A stretch of DNA of 59,876 nucleotides, filler included. It is 4 parts of 4 records of this genome, joined end to end, with 100 filler letters (N's around TTAATTAATTAA, not from the genome) between each part and the next. Parts side by side here need not be neighbours in the genome. Positions count along the whole stretch, not along the records: positions 10,413 to 23,345 come from SRR22947725_2401; positions 23,446 to 43,443 come from SRR22947725_2406; 2 more parts are not named here. One strand, written 5' to 3'. A program made the translations under genes and the position numbers. A model generated the notes under the pieces. It saw only the letters and a program-made list of their open reading frames with translations, had not been told where the DNA came from and ran no database searches. This document shows positions 20,755 to 28,736 of the stretch, piece after piece. The number at the start of each line of letters is the position of its first letter. Within the stretch, counting starts at the first letter, position 1.

Positions 20755-22214
20755 TATAAAATTTTATCTAAAACCTTTGCGGATGATAAAACTCCTGGAA
20801 CACCAGCTCCTGGATGTGTACCAGCGCCAACAAAATAAAGACCATCATAAATCTCTGACTTATTATGAAATCTGAAATAAGCAGACTGAGTAAATTTTGG
20901 CTGAATAGAAAATCCTGAACCAAATTTTGTATTCAGGTCTTTTTCAAAATAATCTGGAGTTAAGTAAAAATCTTCAACAATATTTTCTTTAAGATTTGCC
21001 ATTAGATCTTTTTCCATTTTATTTATAATTAAACTTTTCATCTTTTCTCCTTCGGTATTCCAATCAATTCCAGATTGGTTATTAGGAACAGGAACCAAAA
21101 CATAAAAACAGTCATTTCCTTCTGGAGCCATAGATTTGTCTGTAGCTGATGGTCTATGCAGATAATAACTAATGTCTTCGTTTAGTTTTTTCTTATCAAA
21201 TATATCATCAAGATGTTCTTTGTACTTATTGCCAAATTTTATTGTGTGATGCTCTACATTTTCATAAATTTTTTTTGTTCCAAAATAATATACGAATAAT
21301 CCCATTGAATACTCCATTCTCTTTTTTTTCCAGTTAAATAAGAATGAATTATTGTTATTTCCGTCTAATAACTTTTCATATACTGCTGGAGGATCAGCGT
21401 TACAAATTACAATATCTGCATTTATAGTGTTATCGTTGTTTAACTGAACCCCTGTGATTTTAGTATTTTTTGAAATAATTTTTTTTACCTCATTACCTTT
21501 AATTACTTTTATGCCAACTTCATTCATTAATTTTTCAAAACCTTTAATTATATTTCCGGTTCCACCCATTGAATAATGAATTCCCCATTTTTTTTCTAAA
21601 TACAGGATTAATCCATAAATTGAAGTTGTGGTAAAAGGATTACCCCCAACTAAAAGTGGGTGCATACTTAACATTCTTCTTAATTTTTCATTTTTTATAT
21701 ATGAAGATACTAAAGAGTAGACAGATTTGTAGCTTTTTAGTTTTAAAAGAGCGGGTAATTGTTGCAACATCACAAATGGTTTATCAAAAGGAACATCTGC
21801 AAGTTCTGTAAAACCTTTATCAAAAATTTTTTTTGTAAAATTTACTAATTTTTCATAACCCTGAACATCTTCTTGACTTAATTCTCTAATTTGAGCTTTC
21901 ATTTCATTTTCGTTGCCTGAATAATTAAATTTAGATCTATCTTCAAAAATAAATTGATACCAAATTTTTAAAGGAGATAGCTCAATGTAATCTTTTGGAT
22001 TTTTCTTAAATAATTCAAATAATTCATTAATAAGATATGGCGCAGTAATTACAGTTGGACCCCCATCAAAAGTAAAACCATTTCTTTTAAACACTCTAGC
22101 TCTACCTCCAAGATCTTGATGTTTTTCAATTAATGTAACATCGTGACCTTTGGCTCTAAGTCTCAGGGCCGCAGCAATTCCACCAAATCCAGAACCAATA
22201 ACTATAGAATTCAT
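20754..22214 (-). CDS. crtI: Phytoene desaturase
   Basis: GSGFGG, FDGGPTVIT, VGAGTHPGAGVPGV. Confidence 0.95.
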   Translation of the reverse strand: MNSIVIGSGFGGIAAALRLRAKGHDVTLIEKHQDLGGRARVFKRNGFTFDGGPTVITAPYLINELFELFKKNPKDYIELSPLKIWYQFIFEDRSKFNYSGNENEMKAQIRELSQEDVQGYEKLVNFTKKIFDKGFTELADVPFDKPFVMLQQLPALLKLKSYKSVYSLVSSYIKNEKLRRMLSMHPLLVGGNPFTTTSIYGLILYLEKKWGIHYSMGGTGNIIKGFEKLMNEVGIKVIKGNEVKKIISKNTKITGVQLNNDNTINADIVICNADPPAVYEKLLDGNNNNSFLFNWKKKRMEYSMGLFVYYFGTKKIYENVEHHTIKFGNKYKEHLDDIFDKKKLNEDISYYLHRPSATDKSMAPEGNDCFYVLVPVPNNQSGIDWNTEGEKMKSLIINKMEKDLMANLKENIVEDFYLTPDYFEKDLNTKFGSGFSIQPKFTQSAYFRFHNKSEIYDGLYFVGAGTHPGAGVPGVLSSAKVLDKIL

Positions 22215-22253
22215 TTTAACAATTTATAGTTTTTTTGAAAAATTGTAAGGATA

Positions 22254-22751
22254 TTATGAGTTAATCTTCTTCAACTCTTCTTTTGTTTCATTTAAATTTT
22301 TTTGAAACACAGCATCAAGTTTTGTTTTATCAACTGATGTAGTAATGATCTTTTTAACAGAATCCACAGCTATTTTAATTGAAGCATCTTTTATTTCTTT
22401 TATAGCAGCCTCTTTCATTTGGCTTATCTTATTTTCAGCTAAGTTCTTTTTAATCTCTGAAGATTTATGAAATTTGTCATTTAATTCTATCATTAACTTA
22501 TCTGAGTCTTTTTTAGCCTCATTAAGAATTTCATTGCTGACTGACTGTGCGGTGTCTAATTTATTCTGAGCATTATCAAGTAAAGTTTTTGCTTCAGTTC
22601 TTAATTTTTCGCTTTCATCAATTTCATTTTTAATGTCAGAAATCATTTTATCTAACATTTCAGTAATTTTTTGTGGGATCTTTAGATAGATTAAGCCACC
22701 AAAAAAAATTACGAATGATACTGCTACCCAAAATGTTGCATCAATTGCCAT
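22254..22751 (-). CDS. atpF: ATP synthase F0 subunit b
   Basis: MAIDATFWVAVSF N-terminal TM followed by coiled coil; start moved to ATG 22751. Confidence 0.9.
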   Translation of the reverse strand: MAIDATFWVAVSFVIFFGGLIYLKIPQKITEMLDKMISDIKNEIDESEKLRTEAKTLLDNAQNKLDTAQSVSNEILNEAKKDSDKLMIELNDKFHKSSEIKKNLAENKISQMKEAAIKEIKDASIKIAVDSVKKIITTSVDKTKLDAVFQKNLNETKEELKKINS

Positions 22752-23331
22752 AGTATTTATCTCCACTTCTTCTAGATAAATCATCAACAATTGCAGATAT
22801 GCTGCTATTATTTACTTCAGCACCAATAAGCTTTTGTATTAGTTCTGATGAAGTTTCGATAGCTATTTTGTTGATTTTATCAGGTGCACCGTTACGCAGG
22901 CTCTTTATTTCTTCCTCTGCTTTACTTATTTCTTCATCAATTTGACCGTCTAACACTTCTTTTTTAGCATTAATGTCTTTTAAAGCTTTTTCTCTAGCTT
23001 GATTGAAGATAGTTTTTGCCTCAAGTTTGCTTTTGGAAATAATTTCCTCATACTCTTTTAGCTTCATTTCACTATCTTCTCTCTGTTTCTCTGCAGCCTC
23101 AATATTTTCTAATATCTGTGATTTACGTGTTTCTAAGTTTGCACTTATTTTTGGTAGTATTAGTTTTGACAAAACTAAGTACAAAATACCAAAAGTAAGT
23201 GTTAACCAAAAAATCTGTGAAATCCAAAATTCAGGGTTTAATTGAGGCATACCTCCGCTTTCAGCTGCAAAAGCTTCCATCGAAAATAGGAAACTAAAAA
23301 ATATAGACTGAAAATATATTTTTTTAATCAT
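22741..23331 (-). CDS. ATP synthase F0 subunit b'
   Basis: GGMPQLNP...SQIFWL, LPKIS; alphaproteobacterial b' type. Confidence 0.88.
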   Translation of the reverse strand: MIKKIYFQSIFFSFLFSMEAFAAESGGMPQLNPEFWISQIFWLTLTFGILYLVLSKLILPKISANLETRKSQILENIEAAEKQREDSEMKLKEYEEIISKSKLEAKTIFNQAREKALKDINAKKEVLDGQIDEEISKAEEEIKSLRNGAPDKINKIAIETSSELIQKLIGAEVNNSSISAIVDDLSRRSGDKYYGN

Positions 23332-23345
23332 TAAATTTAAAATGC

Positions 23346-23445
23346 NNNNNNNNNNNNNNNNNNNNNNNNNNNNNNNNNNNNNNNNNNNNTTAATTAATTA
23401 ANNNNNNNNNNNNNNNNNNNNNNNNNNNNNNNNNNNNNNNNNNNN
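23346..23445. other. Artificial contig spacer
   Basis: N-run with TTAATTAATTAA. Confidence 0.98.
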
Positions 23446-23627
23446 TAAAAGTATAACCGTTTTATCATTATAAGTTGCTCCCCCTATTAGGTTTGAACCA
23501 AATGATTTCCTATAGGGAGAAAAAATTAACTCCGATATAAAAACCACTCCGATTAGGGTTTAAGGGAAAAGTATTTTCTCGGTTACAAGAAACCTCATCT
23601 TTGAAATACTGATATACTAATCAATTC

Positions 23628-23659
23628 AGAAGATTTGAAGAGAGTCTATCAAATCTTCT
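23628..23659. terminator. Hairpin downstream of the HTH gene
   Basis: AGAAGATTTGA / TCAAATCTTCT inverted repeat. Confidence 0.6.
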
Positions 23660-23666
23660 TATTCCT

Positions 23667-23879
23667 TCATTCTGATACACTTTGATTATTTAACCTCTTA
23701 ACTGAAGAATTCCCTTTCAAACTATTCTCCCACTCTAATAAATCCTTTTCTGTGATGTATTTTGAATGAGTTGATACTTCTATCATCTTCAATCCTCTAT
23801 TTTTTCTCCAATCTTCTATGGTTACTCTATCTACTCCGTAGAGTTCCATTAAATCCTTTTTACTCAATCTTCTTTCCAT
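23667..23879 (-). CDS. Excisionase-like helix-turn-helix protein
   Basis: LSKKDLMELYGVDRVTIEDWRKNRGL...YITEKDLLEW fits the MerR/HTH_17-type Xis pattern. Confidence 0.7.
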   Translation of the reverse strand: MERRLSKKDLMELYGVDRVTIEDWRKNRGLKMIEVSTHSKYITEKDLLEWENSLKGNSSVKRLNNQSVSE

Positions 23880-24054
23880 ATACTTTTATCTCTTCTTTCT
23901 CTAATAGTTCTCTAAGTTTTCTTTTATAGGTTTGTTTATCTCCTGATAATCTATACTTCTCTATTCTATGGTAGAAATTCTTAATCAGTTCTGATTTCTT
24001 CTTTAACATATCTACCATATGTCTTGCTTGTTCATCTGTTATCTTTTCTTTCAT
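23860..24054 (-). CDS. Hypothetical 64-aa basic protein
   Basis: ATG ORF overlapping the next gene; same composition as the rest of the element. Confidence 0.55.
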   Translation of the reverse strand: MKEKITDEQARHMVDMLKKKSELIKNFYHRIEKYRLSGDKQTYKRKLRELLEKEEIKVYGKKIE

Positions 24055-24537
24055 ATTATTTCCATTCAGATTTAATTAAAAATGTAATAACCTCGTACTT
24101 GAAATACTTTATCAGTTCGAGGTTGATACTCTTTATTTTAAACTTTTCAGTTGATTTAAGTTAAGTAGTTATTAGATACAGTAATCCCCTTTGAGGGTTT
24201 TTACTCCTTCAGAATAGTGAGTTTTAAATTTCCTCTGACCAGTTAGTTTTCATCCCCCATATCAGATTTATAGTAAAACCATTTTTGTAACTATCGGTGA
24301 AACCTTTTCTGTTATGTTTAGATGTTATTTCAATCCCACAGAATACTAACCAACTTCTAACCCTAATCCTTTCCCCATCTTCGTTTCCTCATCTATGGTT
24401 GTTGGATAAAGGGTGGTCTACTCTGAACCCCTATGATGGAGAGTAGGTTACATCTATAAATATTAGAAACTTTAGAAAACGTAAAGAAAATGAGTAAAAA
24501 AGAAGAAATAACTTCTGCCAAATCTAACAGAGGTTGT

Positions 24538-24612
24538 TAGTACCCTATATTTAGTACCCATAAGATTTTGATAGTACCCTATAGGTACTTAATTTAGTAC
24601 CCAAGGGCACTA
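24538..24612. repeat. TAGTACCC repeats (candidate integrase arm sites, family A)
   Basis: Direct copies at 24538, 24552, 24572 and 24595; degenerate inverted copy GGGCACTA at 24605. Confidence 0.75.
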
Positions 24613-24663
24613 TTATTTTATATAACTAATTGCATATCAGTATATAAAAATATGGTATTGGTA

Positions 24664-24675
24664 CTGGAGGTACCA
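24664..24675 (+). other. Candidate att core resembling the 3' end of a Bacteroidota tRNA-Phe
   Basis: CTGGAGGTACCA followed by a terminator and the integrase; the tRNA-Phe match is from recall and unverified; no full tRNA present. Confidence 0.5.
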
Positions 24676-24682
24676 CTTTAAT

Positions 24683-24726
24683 AACTCTCTAATAAACTGA
24701 ATATTAGTTAATTAGAGAGTTTTTTA
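24683..24726 (+). terminator. Rho-independent terminator after the att core
   Basis: AACTCTCTAAT / ATTAGAGAGTT stem followed by a T-run. Confidence 0.7.
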
Positions 24727-24808
24727 TTGTTCTTAATTCAAAAAAGAACAATATAAAGAACAACTTAACGGTTCATTTTGTAACTTTATAGGGTGTAAAT
24801 AAGAACAA
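24727..24808. repeat. AAGAACAA repeats (candidate integrase arm sites, family B)
   Basis: Inverted copy at 24727; direct copies at 24744, 24756 (12-nt spacing) and 24801. Confidence 0.65.
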
Positions 24809-24811
24809 CCT

Positions 24812-26392
24812 ATGAGTATTTTCTACAAACTTAATTACCTTAAAAAGAAGGAGTTGTACTCACAAGAGGATTCCCTTACAATTCAAGTTGTTTATTACCA
24901 TAGAAAGAAACGAGTTCCATTCACCACCAATGTAGAAGTTAAAATAAAAGATTGGGATGAAAATTGGAGAACTAAAAGAACCAACGAACCTATCTTACCA
25001 TCCGATAGTAATCACAAAACCAAAAACATCTTGTTGTTCCAAAAATGGAAAGAACTGAAAGATGTAATCTTTGAGATTAGAAAGAATGATATGATACCCA
25101 CCACTGATTTGGTTAAATCATACATGAGAAGAGGATTGGTTCAGAAATTAGATGATTCCAATAAAGAGATTCTCTTTGAGATGTATTTAGAGAAGTATTT
25201 AAGTTGGATAAAATCTCCTCAATACTTAATTGAAACGAGAAACTCTCCATCCTATGTAAGAAGTGTTATAGGAAGTGTAAATGATATAATCAGATTCACA
25301 AAAGAATACCAAATCAAAAACTCTATCAAACTCCTACCATCTGATATAAATAAGGATTATACCAACGGACTGATAATTTACTCAGATAAGAGAGGATTAC
25401 AACCCTCAACAATAAAGAAGAGAATAAAAGTTCTTGTAATGTTTAGTAAGTGGTTAGAAGAAAACCATAGGGTTAAAATGGTAGTTTCTAAACCAAAAAG
25501 AGATAAGGATAAAGAAAGGGATATTATTTTCTTTAAGGATGAAGAAATTGTTCTTCTTCATGACTTCAAAGGGTTTGAGTATGAAAGAAATAAGTTTTCT
25601 AAATTCTATCCAAAGGATGTAAAGAAGATTGAATTCTTTTACGATTCACTCAAAAACAATAAAGTAAAAAAATACACTAACTATGAAGTTTATAAAGATT
25701 TACTATTGATGTTATGTGGGTTGGGATTGAGGTTTGTTGATGGAGTAAATCTAAAACTTATCCACTTCAAAGAATTAGATAAGAGAACTAAAAACGAACG
25801 AAGAGATTCTTTCGTTAGGGGTGAGTTTGTTTTAACACCTCAAAAAACCAATGTGATAGTTAGGATTCCCAATACACCCTTAACATGGGAGATATATAAA
25901 AAGTATTCAAGTGGAAAAAACGTAGATGATTATTTATTCCCACGAACATCAAAGGGTAATCCTATATCAAATCAGAAATTCAATAAACACATTAAAGAGA
26001 TTGGAAAAATAGTTGGATTAAATAGAGTAATTCTTAAACCCAAATACGATTGGAATAATCAAGTAGTTAGTGGTTCAGATGAGGTTCAGAGATTACATCA
26101 ACTTATCACATCACACATTGGTAGAAAAACTATGATTAGAACCTATGTTGATGTTGGTTACGATAGAAAAACTATTATGAATATATGTGGTATACAGAAT
26201 TACAAAACACTTGATGTTTATTATGAAACATCCGAGAAGGATAGATTTAAGTTTAACAACCTACTTCATCAAAATATTGATACAAATCTGAAATCTAATG
26301 AAGATGTAATGGATGAGAAGGATAAGTTATTCCAAATGTATAAGAATGGAGATTTAACATGGAACCAATTGGGTAAATTGTTAAATGATTAG
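24812..26392 (+). CDS. Tyrosine recombinase/integrase (Bacteroidota type), alanine-free
   Basis: N-terminal arm-binding-like region; catalytic GLRFVD, QKT, ISNQKFNKHIKEIG, SHIGRKT and terminal Y (LDVYY); zero Ala in 526 aa. Confidence 0.9.
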   Translation: MSIFYKLNYLKKKELYSQEDSLTIQVVYYHRKKRVPFTTNVEVKIKDWDENWRTKRTNEPILPSDSNHKTKNILLFQKWKELKDVIFEIRKNDMIPTTDLVKSYMRRGLVQKLDDSNKEILFEMYLEKYLSWIKSPQYLIETRNSPSYVRSVIGSVNDIIRFTKEYQIKNSIKLLPSDINKDYTNGLIIYSDKRGLQPSTIKKRIKVLVMFSKWLEENHRVKMVVSKPKRDKDKERDIIFFKDEEIVLLHDFKGFEYERNKFSKFYPKDVKKIEFFYDSLKNNKVKKYTNYEVYKDLLLMLCGLGLRFVDGVNLKLIHFKELDKRTKNERRDSFVRGEFVLTPQKTNVIVRIPNTPLTWEIYKKYSSGKNVDDYLFPRTSKGNPISNQKFNKHIKEIGKIVGLNRVILKPKYDWNNQVVSGSDEVQRLHQLITSHIGRKTMIRTYVDVGYDRKTIMNICGIQNYKTLDVYYETSEKDRFKFNNLLHQNIDTNLKSNEDVMDEKDKLFQMYKNGDLTWNQLGKLLND

Positions 26393-26401
26393 ATACAAAT
26401 C

Positions 26402-26506
26402 GGAAGGGGTTGATGTATGTATCATTATAGGTAAATGAACAGTTCCCCTTCCTCATTGTACCTCCCCAATTATTGAAGTTACTGATATGAGATGGTGTAA
26501 TTGGGG
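26402..26506. terminator. Two adjacent long-loop inverted repeats between convergent genes
   Basis: GGAAGGGG/CCCCTTCC (26402-26452) and CCCCAATTA/TAATTGGGG (26464-26506). Confidence 0.5.
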
Positions 26507-26509
26507 TTC

Positions 26510-26803
26510 TTATCTAAATAGTTCGTTCCCCATTTTTGAGAACTTTTCTACTTCTATTTCTTTTCTGATATCGTTGTTCTTAACTGAGTTGAGTTCTACT
26601 ACTCTTTTCTGAAGGAGGAATCCAATAACGGAAACTGAATCAATGATTCTTCGGTTCTTCCACTTTGAGGATTTGAAGAATCCATTCTTTATATATTGGA
26701 ACACAGTTCTTCTACTAACCCCTAACTTTTCAGAACAATCATCTACCGTTATCCATCGGTAAACCTCCAAACCTTCTATTTTTTCTTCAAAGGGATTTTC
26801 CAT
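26510..26803 (-). CDS. Helix-turn-helix DNA-binding protein (excisionase-like)
   Basis: WITVDDCSEKLGVSRRTVFQYIKNG; ATG overlaps the upstream stop. Confidence 0.75.
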   Translation of the reverse strand: MENPFEEKIEGLEVYRWITVDDCSEKLGVSRRTVFQYIKNGFFKSSKWKNRRIIDSVSVIGFLLQKRVVELNSVKNNDIRKEIEVEKFSKMGNELFR

Positions 26804-27321
26804 TACCAAATCTTTCCTTTAAGGTTCTTTACCTCATCAACTATATATCTTCGTTGAGGTGATGTTAGTTGAACATACTCACCCCAATTGATGGAGTAGT
26901 TTTCATCTACTCCACATATTTTAATTAGGTGATTACCACTCCCATCAAAAACAGAAGTTCCATTCTCATCCTTTACAAATCCAATAAGTTTCTTATCACC
27001 TCCTTCACCTATCCATCTGAAAGGAACGATTGAGTTGTAACTTTTATTTACAGAATCCAACTTTTGATTTAATCCCAATGAATAGGATGGTAAGTATTGT
27101 TTCCATTCATTGTATCGTTGGAGGAGGTTTGTAATATCCTTAAAATCCATATCTGTGTTTTCCTTTAGGGTTTTAATGATTCCATCTCTATCTGAGGGAA
27201 TCCAACCTCTTTCACACATATGGTTTAACACCAATACATCGGTGTATTTCATAATTCCTTTGATTCCACTTTCCCTTAGTGTTTGAATCAAACCATCAAT
27301 TTCGTATTCGTTTATTTCCAT
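26803..27321 (-). CDS. Hypothetical protein of the GpC-free element
   Basis: 172-aa ORF with no Ala and no recognised family. Confidence 0.7.
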   Translation of the reverse strand: MEINEYEIDGLIQTLRESGIKGIMKYTDVLVLNHMCERGWIPSDRDGIIKTLKENTDMDFKDITNLLQRYNEWKQYLPSYSLGLNQKLDSVNKSYNSIVPFRWIGEGGDKKLIGFVKDENGTSVFDGSGNHLIKICGVDENYSINWGEYVQLTSPQRRYIVDEVKNLKGKIW

Positions 27322-27415
27322 ATTTCTAATTCTTATTTGTTCATTGAGTGTAATATCATTTCACACTTATAAGTATTAGAGAGTGATTTTTTTTATATTT
27401 TTAAAAAAATTATAG

Positions 27416-28060
27416 ATGTTTAAAAATGTATTTCTGATTGTTCTACTGGCATTTTCAATTACAAATTATGCCCAAAAAACAAATCTACCTGGTAAACTAC
27501 TATGGGTAAATGGAAACCTTCCTGAAAACTCAAGTTATTTTAATTATAAAGTTGTCCAAGGAGATGGAGAAAGTCTAAAAAAATCTCAGGACAACGCTGT
27601 CTCATCTCTATTATTTGAACTAGCAAGTGAACAAAAAATTAATATCACATACGAAGCTATTTCATCAACTCAAGAATTAATCAGAAACAATAATGAAAGT
27701 TCTTACTCAATAGATTTCAAAGACAAATCAAAAATAAACAGTTCCTTTACCGCTATATTTTCAAAAGTTGACGAATATTTTGAAATCTTGGATGATTTAA
27801 GTGGTGAGAAAATATACAGAACTTGGCAATTGTATGTTGTTGGAGAAGAAGCAAAACGTATAATCCCAAAATTAAACTACACAAATAAATATTCTTTCTC
27901 AGAAGCTGGATACAAATCGTTATTAGTACCAGGATGGGGTCAATTTCACAAAAAACAAAACACAAAAGGATTTTTGTTTTTAGTTGCAGGAATTGGTTCA
28001 AACTCCCTCATCTGTTTCTACATTAAGAGCATTACCATAAGTTGTACCAATTTGATTTGA
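27416..28060 (+). CDS. Exported hypothetical protein (DUF5683-like motif), probably truncated near 27995
   Basis: Signal peptide; SLLVPGWGQF motif; C-terminal tail overlaps an antisense FN3 remnant. Confidence 0.6.
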   Translation: MFKNVFLIVLLAFSITNYAQKTNLPGKLLWVNGNLPENSSYFNYKVVQGDGESLKKSQDNAVSSLLFELASEQKINITYEAISSTQELIRNNNESSYSIDFKDKSKINSSFTAIFSKVDEYFEILDDLSGEKIYRTWQLYVVGEEAKRIIPKLNYTNKYSFSEAGYKSLLVPGWGQFHKKQNTKGFLFLVAGIGSNSLICFYIKSITISCTNLI

Positions 28061-28099
28061 GGCGTATGCCCTTATAGAATAACTTGTTGAGGGTTGTAA
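27998..28099 (-). pseudogene. Fibronectin type III domain C-terminal remnant
   Basis: Own translation LQPSTSYSIRAYASNQIGTTYGNALNVETDEGV-stop; no start codon before the upstream in-frame stop. Confidence 0.6.
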
Positions 28100-28153
28100 G
28101 AAGCCACCTTTATCGAAAATGCCATCATGATTGTGATGGCTGCTAGCTTGCTA

Positions 28154-28681
28154 CTATAATTGCTTAAGGAATATTTCCAAGGCTTCATTAAAAGCAGCAA
28201 TATGCGTTGCTTCAGTAATTCCCTTTTCCTCATCAAAGGTTTCCTTGTATGAAGGCAGTGCAAAGCATGGAATATTGGGCATATCTCTGGAGAGGCGTAA
28301 ATGCGCAAGCGCTAGAACGGTTTTCCCGCCACGTATCCCCGTTGAGGTAGACAGCAAAAACATGGGTTTACCACACCAAATGGGTTTGTCGAGTCTTGAA
28401 ATCCAATCGAAGATGTTTTTAAAAGCGGTTGTGTAAGCACCGTTGTGTTCGGCAAAAGAAATGACAATACCATCACTAGCTTGCAGTGCAGCCTTAAAGG
28501 CATGTGCCTTTTCTGGAATGCCTTCTTTTTCACGATCGGTGCTGTAGAGTGGCATTTCATAATCGTTTAAATCCAACAAATTAATATGGGCATAGGGCAC
28601 TTGCTGGGCAGCAAAGTGCGCCAGTTTTCGATTAATGGAGTTTTGGCTCGAACTCGCACCAAAGGCGACTATATTAGGCAT
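28154..28681 (-). CDS. NADPH-dependent FMN reductase
   Basis: GASSSQNSINRKL, AEHNGAYTTAFKNIFDW, STSTGIRGG. Confidence 0.9.
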   Translation of the reverse strand: MPNIVAFGASSSQNSINRKLAHFAAQQVPYAHINLLDLNDYEMPLYSTDREKEGIPEKAHAFKAALQASDGIVISFAEHNGAYTTAFKNIFDWISRLDKPIWCGKPMFLLSTSTGIRGGKTVLALAHLRLSRDMPNIPCFALPSYKETFDEEKGITEATHIAAFNEALEIFLKQL

Positions 28682-28736
28682 AGCTTATTTTTTGGCTAAG
28701 ATAGGCAACTGTAAAAGGGAACCGAAATAGTTTACT

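Larger units (their letters stand above)
23446..27448. mobile_element. GpC-depleted integrative element(s): tyrosine integrase, two HTH proteins, two hypotheticals and an att-like junction
   Basis: Integrase plus xis-like HTH genes; arm-type repeats around a tRNA-3'-like core; 5 GC dinucleotides in 4.0 kb and none in 24634-27448; left end cut by the contig edge. Confidence 0.8.

Noticed and set aside
17914-22214. Retinal synthesis genes with no adjacent rhodopsin
   Set aside because: Known arrangement in SAR11, where proteorhodopsin is encoded elsewhere.
24538-24612. TAGTACCC repeats as a CRISPR array
   Set aside because: 8-nt units with irregular 14-23 nt spacing and no cas genes; they fit protein-binding sites.
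24640-24680. Complete tRNA gene upstream of the integrase
   Set aside because: Only a 3'-end-like 12-mer; no T-loop GTTCGA, D-arm or anticodon arm.
24812-26392. Alanine loss explained by tRNA-Ala targeting or low G+C alone
   Set aside because: GC is also missing from AGC/TGC/CGC/GGC codons, codon junctions and intergenic DNA, and the equally AT-rich SAR11 genes in this window use Ala freely.
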